A stretch of DNA of 61,120 nt, filler included, from Sphacelaria rigidula (Eukaryota), in the NCBI GenBank assembly GCA_964200075.2. It is 9 parts of 9 records of this genome, joined end to end, with 100 filler letters (N's around TTAATTAATTAA, not from the genome) between each part and the next. Parts side by side here need not be neighbours in the genome. Positions count along the whole stretch, not along the records: positions 40,815 to 47,516 come from CAXNAA020018522.1; positions 47,617 to 54,318 come from CAXNAA020018523.1; positions 54,419 to 61,120 come from CAXNAA020018524.1; 6 more parts are not named here. One strand, 5' to 3'. A program made the position numbers and the translations under genes. The notes beneath the pieces were generated by a model, which saw only the letters and a program-made list of their open reading frames with translations, searched no databases and was not told the DNA's origin. Below are positions 45,709 through 57,109 of the stretch, piece by piece (position 1 is the stretch's first letter; every line of letters begins with the position of its first letter).

Positions 45709-48700
45709 GTTTTCCGAAGACGGGTTGGGAGGGGAGGGGGGAGGTTGATGCCATTGTTCGATGATACTTTCTATTCCTTTCAACAGCGATGAGATGACGA
45801 TAATTTTCACATCATCCCTTATTTTTTTTTCAAGTTTTTTTTTGTGTGAATTGCACAGGTTTTTCTTGGACTTTTTTTCGGTCACTTTCCACGTGTACAT
45901 GTGATGGTCGACTGGTCATGATCCGCATTGATTTGGTCGATCGTTTGTCTCACATCTATGGCATTATGTGATGACGCAAGTCCGCTGTCTTACTTGTGGT
46001 AGATGTCCGACGTTTGCATCAACAGCCGGCGACTCTGCCTACCCGGTAGTATCGGTTCTCGATATGGTACGTTGACATCCGGCGTGGTTGATTGCTCGCC
46101 CGCAATTCAGCGTCCGGCGAGTACGACTGTGTTACTTCGTGGTGCAGCAGTCATCTCGACTCAATGTATTCCAATGCGAACACTCATTGCTCGTTTCCAA
46201 TGCACCAGAGAGTGGATTCTTCTTCTACAGTGAACATCCAAAAATATTTGCATCCCAAGGGTCAAGGGTCGAAGCCTGCCCTGTAGGCTAGAGGGGCGCA
46301 ACAATGACGAGCGATGATATAAAACTGGTTTCAGGGCTTGTTGCACCACGTACGACCCCACTTGAGATTTTTGACACTTTCTCGGACACCATGGTCGCTA
46401 TTCCAAGATTTTGTCGTCGACAGTCTGGCGAATGGGCGTGGCATTGACGGTAAGCAGGAGTTGGGCAAAACTGTCAAGATGTACGCGATATTATTTTATG
46501 TTCCGTCCCGAGGAGTTCCAGGTAGGCACCTTCGCGATGCACTTCGCCATGTCTAGTGTCGTGCAGCGCATTCGAGTGCGCCCCACCCGCCCCATCTTTC
46601 GTACCCAGCTCTTGGACTGAGTAGTCATTGAGGGTCGAGTGTACCGTACGGGTAGACACCAAGGTGAGGGTACCCCGCCACCCAGATAGTCTCGGACTTG
46701 AACATATCCCTCTTCCTCAATTCGGCAGGGTCTTCCCCACCGCGCAAACCTCCTTCAATGTCCCCTGGCTCGACGTTGTGTACGAGTCACCCTGCCTACC
46801 CGAGCGTAGGTCCTCAGAAGAGCATAATCTGTTGGGCACGCACGAACCTTCCAACATAGTCGACAGAGCACGCGGCTACCCCGCACTTTTCATGGTGTTC
46901 GTCGCGTCGACTTTTGCGCACAGGTATGGCCACACGTATTATACTACTGATGCGACCACCGCGACTGTTTGGCTGCCCTGAGATTCACTGACTGTGTTGC
47001 GCTGTCCTCCCATGTATTCTGCACCCCAGTCTACACTTCACGGTATCTGTGGGCACATCAGCCGGGATCACGCAGGAGGAAGGTCAACACAGCTGGAGTT
47101 TTTTTGTTTGGCACTTCACCTCTCTTCTGCGGTGCTTTTTTTAATATTGCGACAAGGGTTCATCGATCCCATTCCCTCGTCGACCATGAAGTCGATTTTC
47201 GGTACCCACGGCACAGTCGCTTTCCACTCTACGAGTACTATTATTGGGCATGATGTGAGAGAAATCCTAGACCTTCTGAATGCGCTGAGACTCGAACCCA
47301 TGTCCCGACCGTCTGAAGGTCTCGAAGTTACCAACCGAGCCACCGGGGTGACCGCAGCTCATATCTGCCTGCTGTTCGCCTACTTTTTTTTGGCGGGTGC
47401 ATGGTGAATTACGATCGGCGATGTGATGATCTACTGCTCGTATTACAAATGTACTGAAGTATATAGCCTCTGCCAGACGATCTGGACAAGAGGGCTATTC
47501 AGTGAGGGACTTCTCCNNNNNNNNNNNNNNNNNNNNNNNNNNNNNNNNNNNNNNNNNNNNTTAATTAATTAANNNNNNNNNNNNNNNNNNNNNNNNNNNN
47601 NNNNNNNNNNNNNNNNAAGGGAGAAAAAAGTTGATCGCTGGTCCAAGCGGTATCCGCGCAACTTTTGCGCCATTCCACGTGTGTGGGCTGCGTGTACCTG
47701 GGATGCAACGCTGAAGACAAAGCCTAGGGATTGATTCGTCCGAGTCGTATCAATTATACTAAAACCAAGTTATTTCCAGACGAATCATTATTTGTCCGAC
47801 CCTTGGTTTCGTACGACAAATGATCCCCAAGAGATCCAGCCGTTGTCACGAGATAAAAAAAAAAAAACTGTGGTGAACAAAACGGGAGCACTCTGTAGCA
47901 GACAGAGGAAACAATCGGACGGTCGGCACCGTCGTGAGATAATGTCGGAGAAATGATCAGAGTGCAAGTTTAGCATCTTTCTGAACTATTAATTTCAACT
48001 TGTCACTGTTGTGTGTTCTTACGTTGTAGATAATCAAAGGCCAGTCGCCCCGGTGGATAAATTGGTAAACTCGACACTTTCTGACGGTTTGGTCGTGCGC
48101 TCGAATCTCGAAGCGATCTGGGATTTTTTCTCACACAATGCCCAACAGTGGAGAGCGACCATGTCGTAGGTACACAAAGTTCGACTTCACGGTCGACGAG
48201 GGAAAGGGACCGCTGAACCAACCCCTCTTGCGATAAAAAAAACACAGGCACCGCATGAGGGAGGTAGAGTGTACTAAAACAAAATAACGAAGAAAAAAAA
48301 TTATGTGTTGGCCTCACTCCTGTGTGACCCCGGCTGATGCGCCCCTGCATATACCGAAAGGTGTGGACTGGAGTGCAGAATAGATGGGCTGATAGAACAT
48401 TCAATACACACACAGATCATCACACGATGAAAAAATACAATTTCATCATATGTAACAGTGGAGATCAACATTCGTTTATTCAATATACTTGATACAGCAA
48501 ACCTACTTTCCATACTATTGCTTTCAGATCCCCGATTTCATTACAACTACATAATATTCACTCCAGCTTCATGTAAAGGCAAATAATGTTTCCTTGATTC
48601 CAACATACTCGCTCCTTATATACTTGATTCTGCGATTTCTAATTTGACTGCATGAATGCACCTGCAGCAAAGATCACACACACTTCGCTCAGTCGGTAAG

Positions 48701-49032
48701 GGGCATTATCAGTTCAATTGCGATACTATAACATCCCTCCGATCATCTCGCATGCCTCATCAAGGCGAACAATCTGTGACTTGGTCTGTGACTCGCCGAC
48801 GCTGCATGCAACGTCGAAAAAATCCCACGAGCTTCATAGATCCAAGGCTTACTCGACGGACACTCAATACTTCTTGGTACCAAAGTGCGTGGATTGGATC
48901 ATGACAAAAAGCACAGGTGTCGGAATATCTAACGAGGTATACCGCAAGTTCACTCAAGGATGCCACAGGAGCGTTCACCAATGCCATACTACAAAAAGCG
49001 CCCCCATGGTGAAGTGGTGCACAACTGGAACC

Positions 49033-49300
49033 GTTCACATCCTGGGCAATATATGGTCAATAGATGCAATAGACCAAGAATACACTGTGTCAAGTTTCGG
49101 CAAAAGATGCGGAAGACCAAACATATACTGGGTCAAGTATAGGCAATAGATGCAACAGACAAAAAAAATATACCGGATCAAGTACAGGAAACGGATGCAA
49201 TAGACCAGACATGTGCTGGGTTAAGTGTAGGGCTATACTCGACCCAGCAAACTTTTGGTCTATTACATCCATCGACCGTGTATTGCCCAGTGTGTGGAAC
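49033..49300. mobile_element. MITE with TIRs and internal ~43-bp repeats (four direct, one inverted)
   Basis: CTGGGCAATATATGGTCAATAGATG pairs with CATCCATCGACCGTGTATTGCCCAG; repeat unit approximately GATGCAATAGACCA...CTGGGTCAAGTATAGG. Confidence 0.75.
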
Positions 49301-50655
49301 CATTAGACCGAAAAAAAGCATCTGAACCACGCGACATCGAGCCGGTCGCCCAGGTGGGAACCTCGGGACCTCCTGATCGGTGCGACGTGGAGTTGAATCT
49401 CGGCGAATCACTCCGAGAAGTACACGGATTGGAAAACGACTTGTGCACAATTGATGAAGGACGCAAGGAGTGATAACTCACTCTGGAATACCGTACAAGC
49501 CACCGATGTCGAGGGCAGCCTCGATTCCCTTCAGAGTTGGGTAGTGGCCGGCCGTGAGATGAAGGCCAGGAAATCGACCGACCGTCTCCTGGCGCCCGCT
49601 GTGGATGTGCTCGATAACCTCCGCGAAGCGAGTCATCATACTGCAAATAAGGACGGGGGAGGGAGGGGGAAAGGGGGGAATACTATTCATTTTCTCCCCT
49701 GCAAACAAGATGACGTGACTTCATCAGCAACCTGCGCCTGAGAAACTTGCAATCCTTTGGCCCTTGGGTCTGGAGTCTTATCCGAGATTACACGTATGTA
49801 TTCTCTAGACGGATGGGGGGGGGGGGGGGGGTACTCATTTTTTGCTTGCCTTAGTAATTTTACCATTGACCACACCTTCCTTTAGAGAGGGGTCNNNNNN
49901 NNNNTACCCGGGACGGTTCTCAGTGGAACATCCTACGGAGGGCATCTGTGTTTGGTTCCTGGGTGGGTGACAGGACAGTCATTTCTTGGTTGCCTCAGGT
50001 ATTTGAATATTATCGTACGTGATTTTCTGCGTGAGCTCAACACATTATTTGATTCCCACCGACAGTTCACCGCGCCGCAATGGTCTAACAGTACAAAAAA
50101 TACCGATACTCTGCACACAGTTCATTTTTACCCATGTAATCTTACTGTCCAGGGTGTGCAAGAAGGAGGGTTCAATTCTTCGTCAAAGTATTTTGATTTC
50201 TGTCGTTGAAAGCAGGAGGACATGATTAGCAAAAAAGTTCACCAGGGAAGATGACGTAGGGTACATCCGATACTCTCAATGGTCTACACGTTACACTAGT
50301 TACAGTAGTCAGTGTCAGAAGTATGCAGAATCCGTAATTTCTTAGTTTCTCAAACATTGTCCAAATTTGTTTTGCTTGCCACCACTCATCACAGTGACTG
50401 CTGGATGCCAAAAAATGGGTACCCGGAGATATTTTATACATCTTGACAAATGTTGAAAGAAAAACTATCTGCGATCAATAATGAGTGACTTACGGGCTTG
50501 ACCAATCTTCGGAGGTTCTCCGAAAATACGACCCCAGGCTCTAGCTTTTCGGTATGTTCGGTGGACCGACTCCATCCGGATCATATACATGAAGACTCGA
50601 AAATGTTTTTTTGTTAAATTCCACCCAGTCAAAGCGCTCAAGCAGGAAAACTATG

Positions 50656-50686
<31 letters not shown>

Positions 50687-51473
50687 AATTTCTCTTTTTT
50701 AATTTGGTTTTTTTCCATTATTTNNNNNNNNNNAAATGGTTTTCTTTTAAATTCCCCCCTCTCATTCCGTTCGAGCAGGAAAACTATGTTTTTTTTTTTT
50801 TTACGATTTACGGTCAATAAAACCCTCCTGAAAAACGCGGTCTTTACCCAGTATCGCCCCCACGACACCAACTTGGGCGATTGTGATTTGAGCACGGTTT
50901 GCTTATTTTGCCAAAACTATCGACGCTAGCACTTTCGAGTGCTGATGGAAGATGTTATGCGAAAAAACTGAACATAGGCCATCCGCAGAAAATGCTAGAC
51001 CGAGGTTCTATGCAGTATAGGAGAAAAACACGATCTCGATCGTTATTGTGAAGAACTTTATACGTGTTCATTTATCTGAATATTTACCGTTTCGTCGCTG
51101 AAGAGCGGGAAACCTGCTTACATTGGACCATAAACGGTCAATTACACCCTCCTGACAAACGGGGTATCAAGTCCGTATCGCCCCAAAAACACCAACTTGA
51201 GCACTGCAGTTCGAGCGCGGCCTACGCTTTCCCCCTGAATCTACCGGCGCTAGCACTTTCAAGTGGTGGTGAATAATGGCACTCCAGAAAAACTCAAAAA
51301 GTAGAACAACTTCAAATTCTGAAAACTTCTGAGGCTGACTACTATACGTGTCACGTCGTGTCCCTTTCACGTCAAAGCTCAGGCCAGGATAGTACTACGG
51401 TGGGCGATGGGGGCCCCGTTCAAAAGTCAAGTCAAATCAGGGCTTCCCACGTGATCCCCCCACCATAGTACTA

Positions 51474-52367
51474 CGAGCTGGGCCGGCAGTAAATCTCACA
51501 CTCTCTCTCTGCACTACAACTTTTCGAGTTTCCCAAATCAGCGCGACTCGAGCGTATCGCTGTGAACTGCAGACTAATCCGGTAACACACGGCACCGCCG
51601 TTGCTTGATTGGCGCAGTTTCGGCGGTGATGTTGTTGTACTGGATTGAGTACCAGGTACCTCTCTTGCAATTGCGTGAGAACGTGTCTGGAGACGTTTCG
51701 TTTTACAAAATGCGGTGGAATTACGATAGACAATTGCGCCGCATAGGCACACACACACCCGACATGCCCGGGCAAGAGCAGACTGGTCGTGCTGCAAGGT
51801 GGCATGGAGCTCGTCCGATTCAAATGTCGCACATCACCGCACGAGGGAAAAGTACTACTTGAAACTGCGCTATACCCACCCCAAAAGCAAGACAATCACC
51901 AAAACATTGGGACCCTTTGCAACCCAGAGGTACGAGAGATTGTGCACGATTAGTGTGCACAAAAAACGTTTTTGTCGTGTCGGGATTCGAACTCGTGACC
52001 TGTGTCATTTGAGGCTGTTGCATCAGTTTAACCACCGGGGTCACACAAAAAGTGCGACGCGAAGCCCAATTTCACGTATTTCTGGCTGAAAATTCACGAG
52101 GATGTGGTTGACGCGAGTGCCCCGTATGTGCCGCAGCGTTGTCATCATTTTCATCATTTGTTGAGGAAGTTTTAGAACTATTCCTGTTTTTGCTGAAACT
52201 TCAACTCGCTCTAATTTCCGTTTTTTTGTTCTTCACCTGCGCCCCTAACAGGGTTGCGCGGATTGATGATAAAAATGTGTCAAAATTTCAGCGCCTAACT
52301 AACTCTTCAAATTGCCAAAAGCACCTCCACTCTTCGTTTAAAAATCACTGGTGGCCGGCCCAGCTCG
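51474..52367. mobile_element. TA-flanked TIR element (894 bp) carrying a tRNA-like segment
   Basis: Perfect TA|CGAGCTGGGCCGG...CCGGCCCAGCTCG|TA; minus-strand GAGTTCGAATCCCG B box at ~51981-51994. Confidence 0.85.
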
Positions 52368-53344
52368 TAGCCTGGCTTAACTTCTGACGGTTTTTGACCA
52401 AAAACGTTAAGGTAACGAGCGTCACGCATAGACCCTTGGATATGCTGGTATTTTGATACATTGCACATTATCGGTCGCCCCGGTGCATCAATTGGTAACC
52501 TCGGAACCTCCTGACGGCTGGGTCGTGGGTTCAAATCTCGGAGCGATCTGAGATTTTTCTCACACCATGTCCAACAGTGGAGAGCGACTATGTCGCGTGT
52601 ACATAAAATTCGACTTGATGGTCGACGAGGGTAACGGACTGCTGAACCAACCCCTCTCGCGATAGAAAATAAAGGACAAGCACCGCAGAAGGAACGTGGA
52701 GTACAAAAAACAAACAAGAAAGAAGAAACTCCTGTGTTGACCCTCCTGCTGTGTGACCCCGGCTGGTGCGCCCACATACACCGAAAGGTGTAAACTGGCG
52801 TCCAGGATAGATGACACGGCAACACATCATGCTCCCAAGTGCGTCAAAATGACTTGTATGGGCTTCCGAGAAGAGAACAAAGGCACTGGACTGGCTGCTG
52901 TTGTGGGCATGCTGTGGGCATGGGTCGGATCCCCACTTTTCAAGATACCAAAATATCGGGTGTGCCCTACCCGAGCTGCCCTTTTGAGTTGGATAAGAGT
53001 CGACACGGCGCACTAGTGTTGGTCATGATCCAATCAGGGGGGGAACGAAATGCAAGGCGTGTTGAAGGTAAGTTATAATTGCAAGCTGGGCCAGCCTGAA
53101 AACACATCAGGCACCAAACTTGGACTGGTCGCTTCAGGTTAGAGAGAGTTTTGTGCTTTGATATTTGATGCAGTGTATCGCGAGGAATAACATGCCAAAT
53201 AATATATATAAGGCAATCGAAGTGTTTTTATTTTATTTTCTTCACAAGCTGAACTCATGGACGTCTTTTTCTCAAGGAAAGCGCCTTTTTTCGCCATCTC
53301 CAGGAGAACACAAATGTGCCACACGTGCTTTTCATTTTTGCCCT

Positions 53345-53421
53345 GGAATATTCCTTGGGTACGTACATGATGCGACCACGACTGGACCCCTGGGGGTCAG
53401 TTAAAGTGCGACAATCAATCA
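53345..53421 (+). mobile_element. RTE LINE 3' end fragment
   Basis: TTGGGTACGT...ACCACGACTGGACCCCTGGGGGTCAGTTAAAGTGCGACAATCAATCA matches the reverse complement of 7790-7866. Confidence 0.8.
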
Positions 53422-53430
53422 TGCGTTTTG

Positions 53431-53781
53431 TCCACAAGGAACCTACATGACCGGGCTGTTGAGTAGGTGAGAATCTTCCCCATGGTTGGACGGTTGGCAA
53501 GGTGTGCGAACCACGGCCCAATTCGTCCGAGTAGATGAGAAATGGCTACCAAGTCTCAAGTCCGTTTGAAGGCTAGCAAGTATCTCCCTAGAGTACTACA
53601 GAACGTGACGGGATTTACTCGATATGTTGTTTTATCCACGAGGAACCCACATGACCGGGCTGTTGAGTAGATGATAATCTTCCGCTTGGTCGGACGACTA
53701 GCCACATGTACGAATCACGGCCCAATTCGTCTGAGTAGATAATAAATGGCTACCAAGTCTCAAGTCCGTTCAAAGGCTAGC
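53431..53781 (+). repeat. Tandem duplication (~147-bp core, ~204-bp period) ending at a CCCAGCTCG|TA TIR
   Basis: ACATGACCGGGCTGTTGAGTAG...AAATGGCTACCAAGTCTCAAGTCCGTT occurs twice. Confidence 0.9.
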
Positions 53782-53891
53782 CCAGCTCGTAAAGGTCCGT
53801 GGGCGGTGTCATTACTTCGACAGAGGATCTGCTCCCCACTGGGGTAGTTGCACCCGACACACCAGCGAGCATTCGGAGCACTCCTACTTAC

Positions 53892-53987
53892 TTCGTAATG
53901 TAGAGCCCGCCGAGCATTCGGCCCGCCATATCCGCTGTGTATTTTCGGTCTTCGATCCAGAACACGAGGTGCTCAAGGTACTCGAAT
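53892..53987 (-). CDS. Candidate 96-bp internal exon (FEYLEHLVFWIEDRKYTADMAGRMLGGLYIT), unknown protein
   Basis: TACCAG acceptor and consensus GTAAGT donor; symmetric phase 2/2; protein-like translation not listed in the ORF track. Confidence 0.7.
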
Positions 53988-54919
53988 CTGGTACAACGCA
54001 CGAAAGATCACCATAGGGAAACGGGGGAGAGGACCCAAGAACAAATTTTAAAGGTGTCATTGCAGTATGCTCACGTGTCACCACTGACAACAACAAATCA
54101 ACATCGACAAAGAGGGGGGCGAGAAACGAGACAAGGGTGACAAAAAGATAGAGAGGAAAAAAATGGGTGTACCCCGCCCCCGTTCCCCCTCAGGTCTCGC
54201 CTATTAATGAACTCCACATTGAAAGGGGGGGGGGGGGGGAGCACCCATGACAATGCCCGCCAAATCCGGGGGCCCATTGCCCCCCCGTCCCCCCAAAGCC
54301 GGGCCGGAGCACCCCGGCNNNNNNNNNNNNNNNNNNNNNNNNNNNNNNNNNNNNNNNNNNNNTTAATTAATTAANNNNNNNNNNNNNNNNNNNNNNNNNN
54401 NNNNNNNNNNNNNNNNNNGTGGTAGACGCGACAACCGGAGATGCAGACAATATGAGTATGTTAAATGAAAGAAAAGCGAACAAGATCGAAATAGAAATGG
54501 AAGCTTTACTGCATGCGCATTCCACAAATCCTCATGGCCACAATAAAAATGCAACCCCGGAAACAAAGTACATACTGATCATGGTGGGTTGTTCTACAAT
54601 AAAAGTACCGGGATAATATAGAGAATGTCTAGAACACGATCATTGCTGGTAAGGTACAGCGATGATGTTATGGCTGACTAGGTGTAGATCAGGCGAAGGT
54701 GATACAATGCACGCAACAATGACAGAACAAAAACTGTGCGATCAGATCAAAGCAAGGTTATAAAGAACATGAGGGCGGAAAATGCACGTGCACATGACAA
54801 CATGCGATGTGATAGTGAGCGAGAAAAGTACAGCCGACAGTAGGCGGTAGAGGCAAAAACAACACAACAAGCGCGACAATGACAGCCAACCAGGGTAGCA
54901 GAAAACACGGTGGAAACAG

Positions 54920-54947
54920 CAGGAGCAGCAGCAACAACATACAACAT

Positions 54948-54994
<47 letters not shown>

Positions 54995-55011
54995 CACAAC
55001 CACAACAACAA

Positions 55012-55045
<34 letters not shown>

Positions 55046-55125
55046 GACAACATACAATAACAACGCGGCTGCACAGCTTCCGCAGCTGTCTGGAGCCTGA
55101 TGTCCCGAAACGCCCCGACGTAATT
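54920..55125. repeat. (CAA)n/(CAG)n microsatellite abutting a conserved ~70-bp block; second copy at ~55870-56232
   Basis: ACAACGCGGCTG(C/T)ACAGCTTCCG(C/G)AGCTGTCTGGA...TGATGTCCC.AAAC.CCCCGACGTA.TTGT at ~55060 and ~56166. Confidence 0.85.
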
Positions 55126-55248
55126 GTTGTCGAGAAGGATCGGTCCTCAAAAGTTGGTTTTCAAACGGTTGTCGTCAATCCAAGCAACCGTAGTAATGAA
55201 CAGTACGGGCAGCAGCGGCTTCAAAACGTATTTTTAAATTACCGACCA

Positions 55249-55394
55249 ACCTGTACACACAATTAGTAACATGTGTGATTCCGACCAAAAGGGATGACGG
55301 TGACGCGATGCAGTCTAAATTCCCGGTCAACCCGTACACACAATTAGTAACATGTGTGATCCCGACCAAACGGGATGATGGTGACGCGATGCAG
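55249..55394 (+). repeat. Tandem duplication, ~81-bp period
   Basis: GTACACACAATTAGTAACATGTGTGAT.CCGACCAAA.GGGATGA.GGTGACGCGATGCAG occurs twice. Confidence 0.92.
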
Positions 55395-57109
55395 GGAAAG
55401 CCACTATACTGTGCGGGTAGGCCACAACAGCGAACAACGTCTCATCACCACGAAGAGGTGCGTTTCAGGGGAACAGATGCGTGGGGACCTTGGTGTAACA
55501 ATTTAGGCACATATGGTGATGACAATCGTTTATCGGTAAAAGCTCATGCGGTCAAAGTGGGGCACCGTACAAGCAGCAGAGTGGAAAACTACGCGAGTGG
55601 GGAAACTACCCGTGACTTTACATTACATGCTGGTGTAAGAGGCATTACGCGCACATGATGGCTAAACAGGCAGTGCGATAACCAGCAGGGTACAACTACC
55701 CATGGGCGGTGAAGTCAAAACTCGCAACGCCTCAGGCGGGATAGTAACCGCAGAGCAGGAAAACAAAATCGGGACAGTAGCCGCCGAGCAGCAGAACAAA
55801 ATTGCATTGTTCTTTAGGCGGAATAGTAACCACACAGCAGGGTAACAGCCGCAGCACCATGAAAGTTGATAGTATCGTCAAAAGCGACAGCAACACAGCA
55901 AAGCAGCAGCGACCGCAGCGGCCGTAACAACAGCAGACGATAACAGGCAGAAGCAACGCCACCACCACCGACAACAACAACAACGGCCGATAACAAGAGC
56001 GAAAGACGGTAGCAGCAGCACAATAACAAAAACAAAGGACAACAACGAACCGCAGCAACCAAACAACGAACAGCCACAGACGGTAGCAGCAGCACAATAA
56101 CAGAAACAAAGGACAACAACGAACCGCAGCAAACAAACAACAAACAGCCACGACAACGGATAACAACAACGCGGCTGTACAGCTTCCGGAGCTGTCTGGA
56201 ACTTGATGTCCCAAAACACCCCGACGTAGTTGTAGGTCCTCTGGTTCGTTGACTCGTGCGATCTCATTCGACCTTTATGCCCTTGTCAACTGTTTTGGCT
56301 AGGTTCTTTCACTTTTGCTTTGATCGTCTGCCGTGGCGTGCTGATGAACCATCCCGGATGAGCTCGTGCATAAAGCCGTTGGTGGCGCACTGCGTGGGTT
56401 GCATGTAACGAAGTGCAATGCGGCGGGTACGGAGCACAGGGCACCCACGGGGCAAAACAAACTACATAGCCCACGCTCAACTATTTATGCTCAACGTGCG
56501 TATGGTAGGTAGACAGAACAAAAGAGTGCGAAGAGCCGAAGCAGCATACCATCACAGTACACTGTACATGCTCTCATAGTACAATTTGTGAACAGGCACA
56601 CTATTTACTCTATATAAAAGAAGTAACATTTCACCTGGTGCGACCAACACGCCAGCAAACCCTCCCCTCCGAAGGTTTGTGGTCGGAGCATGCCAGTGTT
56701 GACTCTACACAAGCAAGGGTTGGACACCATGTCATGGTACGATACTTACCACCCGGGTAGGAAGATGCCAGTTCAGTGGGCACCGGGGCTAGCAGGCCCA
56801 AACACAATCTTCAGGTTCGAAGCCATTGAGTTCGACATTATCGAGTGTAAAGTCAGCCACCGCACCAGCGGTCAGGTGTCATGCCATGAGCCGCGCAGGC
56901 TGCAGCACAACATGTGTTGCATGAAGGTCAGGCTTACATTTGTGAAGACCAGAGAATCCTCTGAGATAGCAGTCCATGATGGCGTAGATGCTCTTGTGTT
57001 GTTGGCGTACAGGCTAACATGTGCTTTGCTAGTTGAGATGCATAGTCCAAAACGCTGTGACCCAAAGGGGGCGGCCAGGTCAATTCAATCAAACAATGTA
57101 GTATGACCC

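Noticed and set aside
50640..50802. Duplicated AGCAGGAAAACTATGTTTTT around a gap
   Set aside because: Flanks a 10-N gap next to a T homopolymer; likely an assembly artefact.
54879..55266. Poly-Q and poly-T protein ORFs
   Set aside because: Translations of a microsatellite attached to a repeated non-coding block.
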